Origin: a virus
Lineage: Duplodnaviria; Heunggongvirae; Uroviricota; Caudoviricetes
Length of the DNA: 22,016 bases
Reading direction: 5' to 3' (one strand)
Virus record (IMG/VR): IMGVR_UViG_2548876856_000003
Span: 1 to 22,016 of that record
Below are positions 7,930 to 17,419 of this stretch, piece after piece; position 1 is the stretch's first letter, and each line of letters begins with the position of its first letter. The translations under genes were made by a program, and so were the position numbers. The notes below the pieces were generated by a model. That model saw only the letters and a program-made list of their open reading frames with translations, ran no database searches and was not told where the DNA came from.

Positions 7930-8633
7930 TTGCCGGTGGTGAGCTGAATAAAAAGCAGCTTGCAGAGTTGCGTAAATCACTGGCCAGCATGGAGCTGCCG
8001 CCCAAAAAGCGCCAGCGCCTTATCTGGAGGCTGGCCAAATACGGCGTGATTGCCGCCGTAAAACGGCACGTTCGCAATCAGGAAGCGCCGGATGGTCAGA
8101 AGTGGCCGGGGCGTAAAACGAAGCGCAAAGGAAAGATGCTGCGGAACCTGCCAAAACTGCTGCATATCCGTGAAATGCCAGAGATTCAGGCGGTGCGGAT
8201 TTATTTGCAGGGCGGTGGCTACCGGAACGGGGAAACGCCGGTACCGGCCGGGACAGTCGGATATGCGCAACAAAACGGGATGCGTGTCAGTGTCAGCCGT
8301 CGCAGCCAGCCACGGAAGGCGGAGGCCGGAAAAATGGCCACGCCAGCCCAGGCCAAAAAACTGCGGGCGCTGGGGTACCGGGTACGTACCGGTAAACGCT
8401 GGAAAAAGCCCACGCTGGGCGAGTTAACCCAAACGATGCCATACAGCCGGGCGGGGTTACTGATTCGAAAACTCAGCGGTAAAGCGGTGAAAACCAGCTG
8501 GACAGTGGATCTTCCTGCCCGTGTCTTTCTGGGCATGAGTGACGATGAATTTGATAACGCGCTGGCGCGTCAGCTTCAGGCCATCGGCTTTGGCTGGGAT
8601 GTTAAGGCGCAGGATATTAAGGGGAAAACATGA
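7926..8633 (+). CDS. Putative virion morphogenesis / tail completion protein (gpS-like), very basic
   Basis: 235 aa, ATGA overlap with the upstream gene, rich in Arg/Lys. Contains a PDGQKWPGRK segment and a YAQQNG motif consistent with the virion morphogenesis family. Confidence 0.5.
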   Translation: MIAGGELNKKQLAELRKSLASMELPPKKRQRLIWRLAKYGVIAAVKRHVRNQEAPDGQKWPGRKTKRKGKMLRNLPKLLHIREMPEIQAVRIYLQGGGYRNGETPVPAGTVGYAQQNGMRVSVSRRSQPRKAEAGKMATPAQAKKLRALGYRVRTGKRWKKPTLGELTQTMPYSRAGLLIRKLSGKAVKTSWTVDLPARVFLGMSDDEFDNALARQLQAIGFGWDVKAQDIKGKT

Positions 8634-9757
8634 CCTGGCCAAACGTGACCGTGAACCAGGTAAACCAGCTGCTGGGTGAAACCAATGAAGTGGAGCGCAC
8701 GCTGCTGTTTATCGGTACGGGTACCAAAAATGTGGGGAAAACGCTGGCGGTGAATGCCCAGAGTGACTTTGATGCACTGCTGGGAGAGGGGGAAAGCCCG
8801 CTGAAAAACGATGTTCTGGCGGCACTGGCAAACGCCGGTCAGAACTGGTGGGGATTTATTCATGTGCTGTCCGCAGATGCTGAGGACGATGCCTGGGTGA
8901 AAGCGGTTCTGGCCGCACAGGTAGTGTGTTCGGTGGAAGGTGTGGTGCTGTCCAGTGATGTGACGGCAAAAGCCCAGGTGAATCAGGCAGTGACGTTACG
9001 ATCCACGCTGATTTCCAAATATGGGCGCTGGGTGTGGTTCATCCTGGCCGTGCAGGGAATACAGGAAGAAGAAGCCCAGGCGGATTACCTGACCCGTGTG
9101 TCTGCCATCCAGGACGGTATTGCAGAGAAGGCTGTGCAGCTGGTCCCGCGTCTGTGGGGAAATGAGCCGGGTGTGCTGGCTGGCCGTCTGTGCAGCCGTG
9201 CCGTGACTATCGCGGACAGTCCCGCCCGTGTGAAAACTGGGGCGCTGTTGAATCTGGGCAGTGATGAAATGCCGGTTGATGGTACCGGAGCGGTACTGGA
9301 GCTGGCCACGCTTCAGGCACTGGAATCGCAGCGCTTTAGTGTGCCGATGTGGTACCCGGATTATGACGGTTTTTACTGGGCTGACGGGCGAACGCTGGAT
9401 GTGGAAGGCGGCGATTACCAGTCGATTGAAACCCTGCGAGTTGCCGATAAAGCAGCGCGTCGTGTACGTCTGCTGGCTATCAGCAAAATTGCGGATCGTT
9501 CACTCAACAGCACACCGGGCAGCATTGCTGCACACCAGACGCTGTTTGCACGTCCACTGCGTGAAATGTCCACAGCGGCCAGTATCAATGGCGTGTCATT
9601 TCCGGGGGAAGTGAAGCCGCCGCAGGAGGGTGATGTGACCATTGTCTGGAAGAACAAAAAGACGGTGGATATTTATCTTGTGGTACGCACCTGGGAAGTT
9701 CCGCTGCAAATCACCATCAGTCTGTTACTGGATGCCAGTCTGGAGGGCGCTGCATGA
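8630..9757 (+). CDS. Putative tail sheath protein
   Basis: 375 aa, sits immediately before a roughly 150-aa gene in the usual sheath-then-tube order of contractile tails. ATGA-coupled on both sides. Assigned by context only. Confidence 0.5.
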   Translation: MTWPNVTVNQVNQLLGETNEVERTLLFIGTGTKNVGKTLAVNAQSDFDALLGEGESPLKNDVLAALANAGQNWWGFIHVLSADAEDDAWVKAVLAAQVVCSVEGVVLSSDVTAKAQVNQAVTLRSTLISKYGRWVWFILAVQGIQEEEAQADYLTRVSAIQDGIAEKAVQLVPRLWGNEPGVLAGRLCSRAVTIADSPARVKTGALLNLGSDEMPVDGTGAVLELATLQALESQRFSVPMWYPDYDGFYWADGRTLDVEGGDYQSIETLRVADKAARRVRLLAISKIADRSLNSTPGSIAAHQTLFARPLREMSTAASINGVSFPGEVKPPQEGDVTIVWKNKKTVDIYLVVRTWEVPLQITISLLLDASLEGAA

Positions 9758-10209
9758 GTAAACGTATTTCGGGTATGTCGTTTGATACCTATCTTGATGG
9801 CGATCTGATCCATATCGAGAAAATCACACTCGATATCACGGATAACAGCGCCGCCGCCCAGACCCGTGGTGTGCCGGATGGCCATGTCGATGGTGATGTA
9901 GCCGCAGAGGGAGAAATTGAAGTCAGCTCCAAGGTGCTGGGCGTACTGACGGCCAAAGCCCGCGCCGCAGGTTCGTGGCGTGGTATTCCGCCGCTGGATT
10001 TTCTTTTCTATGCCAAAGCGGGCAGCGAAGAAATGAAAGTGGAATCGTTCGGTAACAAACTCCAGCTGAGTAATCTGCTGGATATCGATCCAAAGGGCGG
10101 CGGTGTGGCGACGCACAAAATCAAATATTTTGTGACCAGTCCCAAGTTCGTGAACATCAACGGTGTGCCGTATCTGGAAACGGAAGCCACGGAAAACCTG
10201 ATCGGATAA
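9754..10209 (+). CDS. Putative tail tube protein
   Basis: 151 aa, directly downstream of the putative sheath gene. Size and position are typical of myovirus tube proteins. Confidence 0.5.
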   Translation: MSKRISGMSFDTYLDGDLIHIEKITLDITDNSAAAQTRGVPDGHVDGDVAAEGEIEVSSKVLGVLTAKARAAGSWRGIPPLDFLFYAKAGSEEMKVESFGNKLQLSNLLDIDPKGGGVATHKIKYFVTSPKFVNINGVPYLETEATENLIG

Positions 10210-10219
10210 GGAAGCCGGA

Positions 10220-10522
10220 ATGCAGGAACATGAAAAGAGCCTTTATTCACTGCTGATTATGGGGGCGCTCATTGCTGTTGCGAAGGTGCTGGCCAGTGAT
10301 GATCCCATTACACCGCGCCTGTTTATCAGCCGTGTGATCCTGGGCAGTTTTGTTTCAGTCATCGCTGGCGCGGTGCTGATTCAAATCCCGGAGGCCAGCC
10401 CGCTGGCAATTCAGGGACTGGGGGCAGCGCTGGGTATTGCAGGTTATCAGGCTGTTGAAATGTGGCTGCGCAGACGTGCAGCGGGAAAGAAGAACGGGAG
10501 CGTGACAAATGACCCTGAGTGA
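10220..10522 (+). CDS. Holin (three predicted transmembrane segments)
   Basis: 100 aa with three hydrophobic stretches and a charged C-terminal tail (RRRAAGKKNGSVTNDPE). Immediately upstream of the endolysin. AGGAAG RBS. Confidence 0.7.
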   Translation: MQEHEKSLYSLLIMGALIAVAKVLASDDPITPRLFISRVILGSFVSVIAGAVLIQIPEASPLAIQGLGAALGIAGYQAVEMWLRRRAAGKKNGSVTNDPE

Positions 10523-10850
10523 AAAGCAGCAGCTGTTTACCGTCATGGTGGCCAACCTGATCCACTGGGCAGAAGAACGCGGCTACCGGCTGACGTTTGG
10601 TGAAGCGTACCGCACCCCGGAACAGGCGGCGCTGAACGCGAAGAAGGGCAGCGGCATTTCGAACAGTCTGCACACCCAGCGTCTGGCCGTGGATTTTAAT
10701 CTGTTTGTGAATGGCCAGTACCAGACCCGTACAGAGGACTATCTGCCGTTGGGTGAATACTGGGAATCACTGGGCGGAAGCTGGGGCGGGCGCTTCAAAT
10801 CCAGACCGGATGGTAATCATTTCAGCCTGGAACATAACGGGGTGCGCTGA
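10509..10850 (+). CDS. Endolysin, peptidase M15 family (zinc D,D- or L-Ala-D-Glu peptidase type)
   Basis: 113 aa with the H-x6-D arrangement (SLHTQRLAVDF) and a downstream His pair (DGNHFSLEH), consistent with M15 zinc ligands. Overlaps the holin end. Confidence 0.75.
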   Translation: MTLSEKQQLFTVMVANLIHWAEERGYRLTFGEAYRTPEQAALNAKKGSGISNSLHTQRLAVDFNLFVNGQYQTRTEDYLPLGEYWESLGGSWGGRFKSRPDGNHFSLEHNGVR

Positions 10851-11230
10851 TGACTCACGCGCAATGGCTGGTTGTGGTGGCGCTGGCGTTTGTCTGGGGC
10901 TGGCTGACCGCTGACTGGCGGCGCGACAGCCTGGAGCTGGTAATCAACACGGCGGCGCAGGTGGCGGGTAATGAATCGCGAAAGGTGATGCAGGGCATTG
11001 CCAGTGATTCCGCCAGGTCGCTGGAAGATAAACTGGAGGCGCTAAGAAATGCGCAACCGCGAGAGATCCGCACGGAAGTGCTTAAGCCGGTTTTTACTAA
11101 CAGTTGCCTGTCTGATGAGTTTGTCAGCATGTACAACAGCGCCGTCGCCGGTACCGAACGTGCGTTATCAGGAAAACCTGAAAACACGATGCGCCACGCA
11201 GCTGCCGCGCCTGAACGGGGCAACAGGTAA
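10850..11230 (+). CDS. i-spanin (Rz-like)
   Basis: 126 aa with an N-terminal transmembrane segment (WLVVVALAFVWGWL) and a charged periplasmic region. Directly after the endolysin and containing an embedded out-of-frame lipoprotein ORF. Confidence 0.65.
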   Translation: MTHAQWLVVVALAFVWGWLTADWRRDSLELVINTAAQVAGNESRKVMQGIASDSARSLEDKLEALRNAQPREIRTEVLKPVFTNSCLSDEFVSMYNSAVAGTERALSGKPENTMRHAAAAPERGNR

Positions 11231-11348
11231 AGATGCAGCGGAACTGCTGACTGTTTACCTTGAAATATATGGCCAGTGTGCGGCGCGTCATAATCAGTTA
11301 GTCGATGATATTAATTTAAGAGAGCGTGTTATTTATGGAACAAATTAA
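11049..11348 (+). CDS. o-spanin (Rz1-like outer-membrane lipoprotein)
   Basis: Starts inside the Rz-like gene in the +1 frame. Signal peptide followed by the lipobox LSAC, then a Pro-rich mature region. Extends past the Rz stop (overlapping rather than fully embedded). Confidence 0.6.
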   Translation: MRNRERSARKCLSRFLLTVACLMSLSACTTAPSPVPNVRYQENLKTRCATQLPRLNGATGKDAAELLTVYLEIYGQCAARHNQLVDDINLRERVIYGTN

Positions 11349-11592
11349 ACTGAGTGTTTGTGGTGCAGATATTGTTTTTGAACCTAATCAGACTGCTTAC
11401 AATAAACTGATTAATGAAATGGCAATGGATAATAAAGTTGCACCTGCAAATAATTATCTGATGCGTATTGTTACCCCTGAAACGAAAGAAGCTCTGATTG
11501 ACGTATTAAAACGTCCGGGTGCAGCGTTGCAACTGGTCAGTAAGGTTAATGATATTTACGCGCCGGAACTGGAGATTGAAGTAAAAAACTGA
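11335..11592 (+). CDS. Tail assembly chaperone (lambda G / P2 E analogue), zero-frame product
   Basis: About 85 aa, immediately upstream of the tape measure gene. Start chosen at the ATG at 11335 with AGAGAG upstream; the ORF-track start at 11326 is a GTG. Ends in a slippery heptamer. Confidence 0.65.
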   Translation: MEQIKLSVCGADIVFEPNQTAYNKLINEMAMDNKVAPANNYLMRIVTPETKEALIDVLKRPGAALQLVSKVNDIYAPELEIEVKN

Positions 11593-11783
11593 CAAAGCGA
11601 GTCCATGATATTGAACGAAATGGACTCGAACAGTATTTAATTCTTCGCCGTCATTATTTACCACATGGTCAGGATTCTGTTGACGATATTGCCGCCGCTA
11701 TATGGCTGGATAACCGTCACTGGGAATATACGGGAATAGCCGTGGCTAATGGCGTGGCTAAAGCATTTAAAGGCACTGAATGA
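11335..11783 (+). CDS. Tail assembly chaperone, predicted -1 frameshift fusion product (lambda GT / P2 E+E' analogue)
   Basis: The -1 frame is closed by a TGA at 11577-11579, then stays open for 64 codons from the slippery site to a TGA at 11781-11783 that overlaps the tape measure ATG. There is no in-frame ATG inside the extension. Confidence 0.5.
11583..11589 (+). other. Slippery heptanucleotide A_AAA_AAC (candidate -1 programmed ribosomal frameshift site)
   Basis: An X_XXY_YYZ heptamer in the correct phase with the chaperone reading frame (codons AAA AAC, then TGA). Confidence 0.5.
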
Positions 11784-13747
11784 AACAGTTAGATTTTACA
11801 TTAAGCCTTATTGATAAATTGTCCCTCCCGTTAAAACAGGCGCAGGGCAACGTAACGGGCTTTGCTGAAAAATCAAAAGAAGCCTTTATGCAGACTGGTG
11901 GCGGTGTTCTGGCGCTGGCGGGTACAGGGATGGCCATTAAAGGTGCGCTGATGCCCGCTATTGAAATGTATGACGCGCTGAATGATGCGGCCGCAAAAGG
12001 GATCGATGATTCTGCTCTTAAGGCCGTTCAGCGTGATGCGCTGCGCTTCAGTACAACCTACGGCGCCAGTGCGGTGGAGTTTGTCCAGTCCACGGAAAGT
12101 ATAAACGCCTCCATTGCCGGGCTGACCGGGAATGAGCTGCCGAAAGTGACGAAAGTCGCCAATACCCTGGCGTTTGCGCTCAAATCCACCGCAGCGGAAA
12201 CCGCTGAGTTTATGGGGCAGATGTTCGGTAACTTTTCCGCCGATGCCAACCGGCTGGGAAAGGTTGAGTTTGCTGAACAACTGGCCGGAAAAATGGTGTA
12301 CATGCGCAAAACCTTTGGCACGGAAATGGCTGCTATCAAGGATTTGATGGAAGGGGCGCGCGGCGTGGGTACTAACTACGGCGTGGGACTGGATGAACAG
12401 CTGGCCGTGCTGGGACAGCTTCAGCGGACACTGGGCACGGAAGCCAGCAGCGCTTATGAAGGCTTCATGACCGGAGCCATTGAGGGCGGTAAAAAGCTGG
12501 GACTGTCCTTCACGGATTCCACCGGCAAAATGCTGTCCATGCCTGAAATGCTGATCAAGTTACAGGGCAAGTATGGCAAAAGTCTGGAAGGGAATCTGAA
12601 AGCCCAGGCTGAACTGGATGCGGCATTTGGTGACAGTTCTGCGGTGGTGAAACACCTTTATGGCAATGTGGCGCTGCTTCAGCGCAATATCACAGAACTG
12701 GGCGGTGCAGATGGTCTGAAGCGTACCCAGGAAATGGCGCAGAAAATGGTGAAGCCGTGGGATCGCTTTGTCGCAATCCTGAAGGCTATCCAAACCGTGA
12801 TTGGCCTGACGCTGATCCCGGTGCTCTATCCAGTTCTGAACCGCCTGGCTGATATGGGGCAGACTTTTGCCCGCTGGATGCAGCTGTTTCCCAACATTGC
12901 GCGTGTTGTCGGGTATGCGGCAATGGCCTTGCTCAGCTTTGCGGCTGTGGGTGCTGTCGCCAATATTGTTATGGGTGCCTCTAAATTCATCATGATGGGG
13001 TTGCGCGGGATCTGGGTGGCGCTGATGGCCGTCACGAAAATTTACACTGCCACTGTCTGGCTGGGAAACATTGCCGTTGTTGCCTGGAACGCCACGCTGA
13101 AATTTCTGCGCGGTACGTTGCTGGCGGTTCGTATGGCGGCAATGATGGCCGGGATAGGTATCAATCTGATGAGCTGGCCGATCCTGCTGGTGATTGGTGC
13201 CGTCGCCTTACTTGCTGCCGGTTGCTGGCTGCTGATTAAGCACTGGGACACGGTAAAGAACGCGGTCATGGATACCGCTGCATTTCAGGCATGCGCCAGT
13301 GTAGTGGAATGGCTGGCCGGGGTGTTTACTTCAGCCTGGCAGTTTATCAGCGAAGGATGGAACAGTTTTATTTCCATGCTGACCGGGTTTTCTCCTTCAC
13401 AGGCATTAAGCGGTCTGGCCACGGGTATTGTTTCGTTGTTTGATAATGTCTGGCTATCCGTTAAAAACGGTTTTCTGAAGTCGTGGAACTGGATTGTTGA
13501 GAAACTGAATAAAATCCCCGGTGTGGATATATCAATGGCCAGTACCACTTCACCACCATTAACTGGAAATACGTTGTCAACGGGTGGAGAGATAAAAGGA
13601 ATTGATAAGGGCGGGATAAATAAAACAATCAGTAGCAATTCTAAATCAGTCACTGATAACAGCAAAAAAATAGGGGAGGTTCATTTCCATACCAAAGAAG
13701 CGATGTCCCCTGGTCAGTTAATGGAATGGCAGGAGCTAAATGCGTGA
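11780..13747 (+). CDS. Tail tape measure protein
   Basis: 655 aa. Alpha-helical, Ala/Leu-rich N-terminal half, a central block of hydrophobic segments and a C-terminal Ser/Thr-rich region. Located directly after the chaperone frameshift pair. Confidence 0.85.
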   Translation: MKQLDFTLSLIDKLSLPLKQAQGNVTGFAEKSKEAFMQTGGGVLALAGTGMAIKGALMPAIEMYDALNDAAAKGIDDSALKAVQRDALRFSTTYGASAVEFVQSTESINASIAGLTGNELPKVTKVANTLAFALKSTAAETAEFMGQMFGNFSADANRLGKVEFAEQLAGKMVYMRKTFGTEMAAIKDLMEGARGVGTNYGVGLDEQLAVLGQLQRTLGTEASSAYEGFMTGAIEGGKKLGLSFTDSTGKMLSMPEMLIKLQGKYGKSLEGNLKAQAELDAAFGDSSAVVKHLYGNVALLQRNITELGGADGLKRTQEMAQKMVKPWDRFVAILKAIQTVIGLTLIPVLYPVLNRLADMGQTFARWMQLFPNIARVVGYAAMALLSFAAVGAVANIVMGASKFIMMGLRGIWVALMAVTKIYTATVWLGNIAVVAWNATLKFLRGTLLAVRMAAMMAGIGINLMSWPILLVIGAVALLAAGCWLLIKHWDTVKNAVMDTAAFQACASVVEWLAGVFTSAWQFISEGWNSFISMLTGFSPSQALSGLATGIVSLFDNVWLSVKNGFLKSWNWIVEKLNKIPGVDISMASTTSPPLTGNTLSTGGEIKGIDKGGINKTISSNSKSVTDNSKKIGEVHFHTKEAMSPGQLMEWQELNA

Positions 13748-14073
13748 ATGAACCACTTTATATAGATTTGCTGATCCTGAAGGGTGATTTTGTTCTGAAT
13801 ACCGGATATGAACCTGAACTGTGTAATAACCGTAAAAGTATCGGGCAGGACATTATTCACGCCATTATTGAGAGCGGACTGGCAACCGAACTGATTGCTG
13901 AACGCAGCCCAACAATGCGGGCGGATATTTTTACCCGTATGGAATTATTGATTGAAGATGATGAACGGATTATTCCGGGAACTGTAGAAATCAGTGAGGA
14001 AAGCCAGAAACGTTTATGGATAACTGCCAGCACCTATGACTTTGGCGGAATTTCTGCGCAGGTGGATTTATGA
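13744..14073 (+). CDS. Putative baseplate protein (gpW / gp25-like size class)
   Basis: About 110 aa between the tape measure and a gpJ-like gene. Start chosen at the GTG at 13744 (AGGAG 8 nt upstream, overlapping the tape measure stop as GTGA); the ORF-track ATG is at 13726. Assigned by context. Confidence 0.45.
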   Translation: MNEPLYIDLLILKGDFVLNTGYEPELCNNRKSIGQDIIHAIIESGLATELIAERSPTMRADIFTRMELLIEDDERIIPGTVEISEESQKRLWITASTYDFGGISAQVDL

Positions 14074-15254
14074 CGGAAAAACCGCAGGTTGATTTTGAGG
14101 AAGTGGTGAAGGCCAGCGGGATGCCGGTGACGGAATCTGAAGTGCGGGATCGCTTTAATGCGATTGCGGCTGAGGAAGGAATGATCACCAACACATCCCG
14201 CATGTCACCGTTCTGGCGGTTAGTCACGGCCATTGTGACTGCGCCGGTGATGTGGCTGAAAGAGGTTCTGGTGTCCACAGTGCTGGCTAATATGTTTGTG
14301 GCCACGGCCAGCGGGAGCATGTTGCGTCTGCTGGCCTGGGCGGTGAACGTGACGGCGAAACCCGCCAGCGCTGCGCAGGGTGTGATCCGTTTCTTTAAGG
14401 AAGATGCCAAAGCTGTTGTGACGGTGAAGGCCGGGACGGTTATCCAGACTGAACGCATTAACGGCAGGGTTTACGAACTGGCGACCACAGGCGATGTGGT
14501 GATCCCTTCCGGCACGGTCAGCGCATTGCTGCCGGTGAAAGCCACCGGAACCGGGGGAGCCTATAACCTTGCGCCAGGGTATTACCGCATTTTGCCTGTG
14601 GCCGTGGATGGTATCAGCCATGTGGCCAGTGAGGAAAACTGGCTGACAGTGCCGGGTGCTGATGAAGAAAGTGATGATGAACTGCGTGAACGCTGCCGGA
14701 ACCAGTTTAACCTGGTGGGTAATTACCACACGGATGCGGTTTACCGTTCAATGATTGCCGGTGTTGCCGGGCTGAGTATTGACCGGATTTTCTTTGAGCA
14801 TGAAGCGCCGAGGGGGCCAGGTACCGCAAACGCGTATTTGTTGCTGGACAGCGGGGTAGCTTCTGCGCCGTTTGTGAATGCGGTGAATGATTACATCAAC
14901 ACGCAGGGGCATCACGGCCACGGCGATGATATGCAGTGTTACGCCATGCCGGAAACCCTTCACGATCTGGCCGTGACGGTGTACGTCAGAAATCTGACCA
15001 ACCTGACAGACGACGAACAGAACAGCCTGAAGAACGGGATTGAAAACCTGATCCGCTGTGCTTTTCGTGAGAATGCGGATTTTGACGTCAGAAAGACGTG
15101 GCCATATTCGCGCTTCTCATTTTCTCAGCTGGGACGCGAGATCCACAAAACCTTTTCACTGGCGGATTCGCTGGCTTTTTCACTGGGTGACATTACCAGT
15201 GAGCTGAATGTGCCGCGCCTGAAATCACTGGTAGTGAGTCTTGAAAATGAATGA
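14070..15254 (+). CDS. Baseplate J-like protein (gpJ / gp6-like wedge)
   Basis: 394 aa, ATGA-coupled to the upstream gene and followed by a gpI-like gene, as in the P2 W-J-I block. Confidence 0.65.
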   Translation: MTEKPQVDFEEVVKASGMPVTESEVRDRFNAIAAEEGMITNTSRMSPFWRLVTAIVTAPVMWLKEVLVSTVLANMFVATASGSMLRLLAWAVNVTAKPASAAQGVIRFFKEDAKAVVTVKAGTVIQTERINGRVYELATTGDVVIPSGTVSALLPVKATGTGGAYNLAPGYYRILPVAVDGISHVASEENWLTVPGADEESDDELRERCRNQFNLVGNYHTDAVYRSMIAGVAGLSIDRIFFEHEAPRGPGTANAYLLLDSGVASAPFVNAVNDYINTQGHHGHGDDMQCYAMPETLHDLAVTVYVRNLTNLTDDEQNSLKNGIENLIRCAFRENADFDVRKTWPYSRFSFSQLGREIHKTFSLADSLAFSLGDITSELNVPRLKSLVVSLENE

Positions 15255-15834
15255 GTTCATGAAAAAGCTGGCCGGAATGGTGCTTCCTTCCTGGATGAAC
15301 CAGGGGGAGCCGAAAAAACTGCGGAATACAGCGCGGCGATTCTGGGCGGAGGTTTACGGCTGGATAACTTGGCCGATGAATCAGTTTGATCCGCTGACCT
15401 GCACACCGGCATTGCTGAACCTGCTGGCCTATGACCGCGATATTACCCGTTTTGACGGGGAGCCATTAAACCTCTTTCGCAAGCGCGTGGCGTACGCCTT
15501 TATTAATGCGCGTGATGCCGGTTCGGTAGCGGGATTTATCAATATTTTTGAACGGCTTGGTATTGGGTATGTGGAGCTGCTGGAGCGCCAGCCAGACATT
15601 GACTGGGATGTGATTCTGGTTCGCGTCACTGACAGTCAGATCGCGGACAACACGCAGTTGCTTATCCAGATAATCCGCCAGTACGGGCGAACCTGTCGCC
15701 GCTATCAGTTTGAAGTGATCACATCTGAAAAGCTGGCCATCCGGGCTGGATGGGATCAGGGGGAATACGTGGTTTATCCGGCAACGTTAAGCGGTATGGA
15801 AACCCACAGCGCGACATTCAGCGCGGGTTTGTAA
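15247..15834 (+). CDS. Tail protein I-like (gpI family baseplate wedge)
   Basis: About 195 aa directly after the J-like gene and before the tail fibre. Start chosen at the ATG at 15247, overlapping the J stop; the ORF-track start at 15241 is a TTG. Confidence 0.6.
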   Translation: MNEFMKKLAGMVLPSWMNQGEPKKLRNTARRFWAEVYGWITWPMNQFDPLTCTPALLNLLAYDRDITRFDGEPLNLFRKRVAYAFINARDAGSVAGFINIFERLGIGYVELLERQPDIDWDVILVRVTDSQIADNTQLLIQIIRQYGRTCRRYQFEVITSEKLAIRAGWDQGEYVVYPATLSGMETHSATFSAGL

Positions 15835-15844
15835 GGAGTTTTAT

Positions 15845-17419
15845 ATGTCACAGACAGCTATCACGCTGGCATTTGAACACTGGAAAGCGCAGCAGGGTGC
15901 TACTGGCGAACCAGTGGTGCTTGATGAATTTGTGTTTGCCAGTGTGCCCGGACTGAACCCTGATGCCCCCATTGACCGAAATGAAAAACTGCCACCGGCT
16001 GCACAGATTGTTTACCGGCAGCCCGTTACCCGCACCGGTGTGGTGAATGAAAACGGAGTGGTGTACTCCGCCGTACTGGGGGCAGATGTGGGGGATTTCA
16101 GTTTTAACTGGATCGGTCTGCTGAATAAAGCCAGCGGAACGCTGGCGATGATTGTTTATGCACCGGTGCAGCAAAAGCTGAAAACAAAAGAAGGCCAGCA
16201 GGGTAACGTCCTTACCCGCTCATTCCTGATGGAATACAACGGCGCCCAGACCGAAACCGGAATTACTACACCGGCTGAGACGTGGCAGATCGATTTCACT
16301 GCGCGTATGGCCGGAATGGATGAACGCCAGCGCCTGGAAAACGTGGACATTTACGGCACAGCGGCGTTTTTCGGTGATGGCTGGCTGGTCAGCAAAACCG
16401 GTAATCAGTTTTTCTTGACTAAAGGCACCGGCTATGTGGCGGGGTTACGTGCGTCACTGGCGGCAAACCAGAATATTGCTGTTACCGCAAAGCCGGTAAA
16501 AGTCTGGCTGGATGTGTGCTGGGCGGGAGCGCTGACCAGTGTCTGGAATGTTCAGAGCAAGATTACCGTAGCGGAAAACCTGGCTGATTATGTGCAGAAC
16601 GGCGTAAAGCATTACGTGTTTGCGGTGGCCAGCATTGATGCGAATGGAAATATCAACGATTTGCGGCCAAAAGGGACGCTGAATGAGCAACAGGCAAGCA
16701 ACGATTATCTGCGTAAAGATGCCAGTCTTGCTGATGTAAAAGACAAACCAAAAGCGCGAAAAAACCTTGCGCTTGGAGAGCTGGCGACCCTCGACAGAAA
16801 TGATGTGTTGCCGGTGGGGATACCGGTACCCTGGCCAACGGATACGCCACCAACCGGATGGACATTGATGCAAGGACAGGCTTTTGATAAATCGGCTTAT
16901 CCATTGCTCGCGGGTGCGTATCCTTCCGGGATCATACCTGATATGCGTGGCTGGATAATTAAAGGGAAACCGGCCAGCGGCCGTGCAGTGCTTTCACAGG
17001 AACTGGATGGCATCAAGTCACATACTCACAGCGCAAGTGCATCAAATACGGACTTAGGCACTAAATCAAGCAGTGCCTTTGATTACGGTACTAAAACGGT
17101 CAGCACATTTGACTATGGCACTAAAACCACTAACAGCACCGGAGAGCATGCGCACGGTATAGCTGTTGGTAACACTGGTGCAGGTAATGGCGTTTCAGCG
17201 GGTTATAACTCAGGACTGGGCAATGGAAAGACGGGGAGTGCAGGAGCGCACGCCCATACGGTTGGTATTGGCGCTCATAACCACACCGTCGGAATTGGTG
17301 CTCACAGTCACACGGTGGCAATTGGTGCTCATGGGCACACCATTACTGTGAACGCTGCTGGTAACGCAGAAAACACTGTTAAAAACATTGCTTATAACTA
17401 CATTGTGAGGCTTGCCTGA
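15845..17419 (+). CDS. Tail fibre protein with C-terminal His-x-His repeats
   Basis: 524 aa, AAGGAG RBS. C-terminal region has repeated GAH-x-HTVGI units and ends [11 protein letters not shown], a C-terminus I recognise from enterobacterial phage tail fibres. Followed by a fibre assembly gene. Confidence 0.85.
   Translation: MSQTAITLAFEHWKAQQGATGEPVVLDEFVFASVPGLNPDAPIDRNEKLPPAAQIVYRQPVTRTGVVNENGVVYSAVLGADVGDFSFNWIGLLNKASGTLAMIVYAPVQQKLKTKEGQQGNVLTRSFLMEYNGAQTETGITTPAETWQIDFTARMAGMDERQRLENVDIYGTAAFFGDGWLVSKTGNQFFLTKGTGYVAGLRASLAANQNIAVTAKPVKVWLDVCWAGALTSVWNVQSKITVAENLADYVQNGVKHYVFAVASIDANGNINDLRPKGTLNEQQASNDYLRKDASLADVKDKPKARKNLALGELATLDRNDVLPVGIPVPWPTDTPPTGWTLMQGQAFDKSAYPLLAGAYPSGIIPDMRGWIIKGKPASGRAVLSQELDGIKSHTHSASASNTDLGTKSSSAFDYGTKTVSTFDYGTKTTNSTGEHAHGIAVGNTGAGNGVSAGYNSGLGNGKTGSAGAHAHTVGIGAHNHTVGIGAHSHTVAIGAHGHTITVNAAGNAENTVKNIAYNYIVRLA
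17246..17350 (+). repeat. Tandem 27-bp (9-codon) imperfect repeats, 3.9 copies, encoding AH-x-HTVGIG units
   Basis: Read directly: GCGCACGCCCATACGGTTGGTATTGGC / GCTCATAACCACACCGTCGGAATTGGT / GCTCACAGTCACACGGTGGCAATTGGT / GCTCATGGGCACACCATTACTGTG, in frame with the fibre gene. Confidence 0.7.

Noticed and set aside
8092-8427. Cys-rich 111-aa alternative-frame ORF inside the gpS-like gene
   Set aside because: The Cys/Arg richness looks like a frame artefact of the basic gpS-like coding sequence rather than a real zinc-binding protein; no start context.
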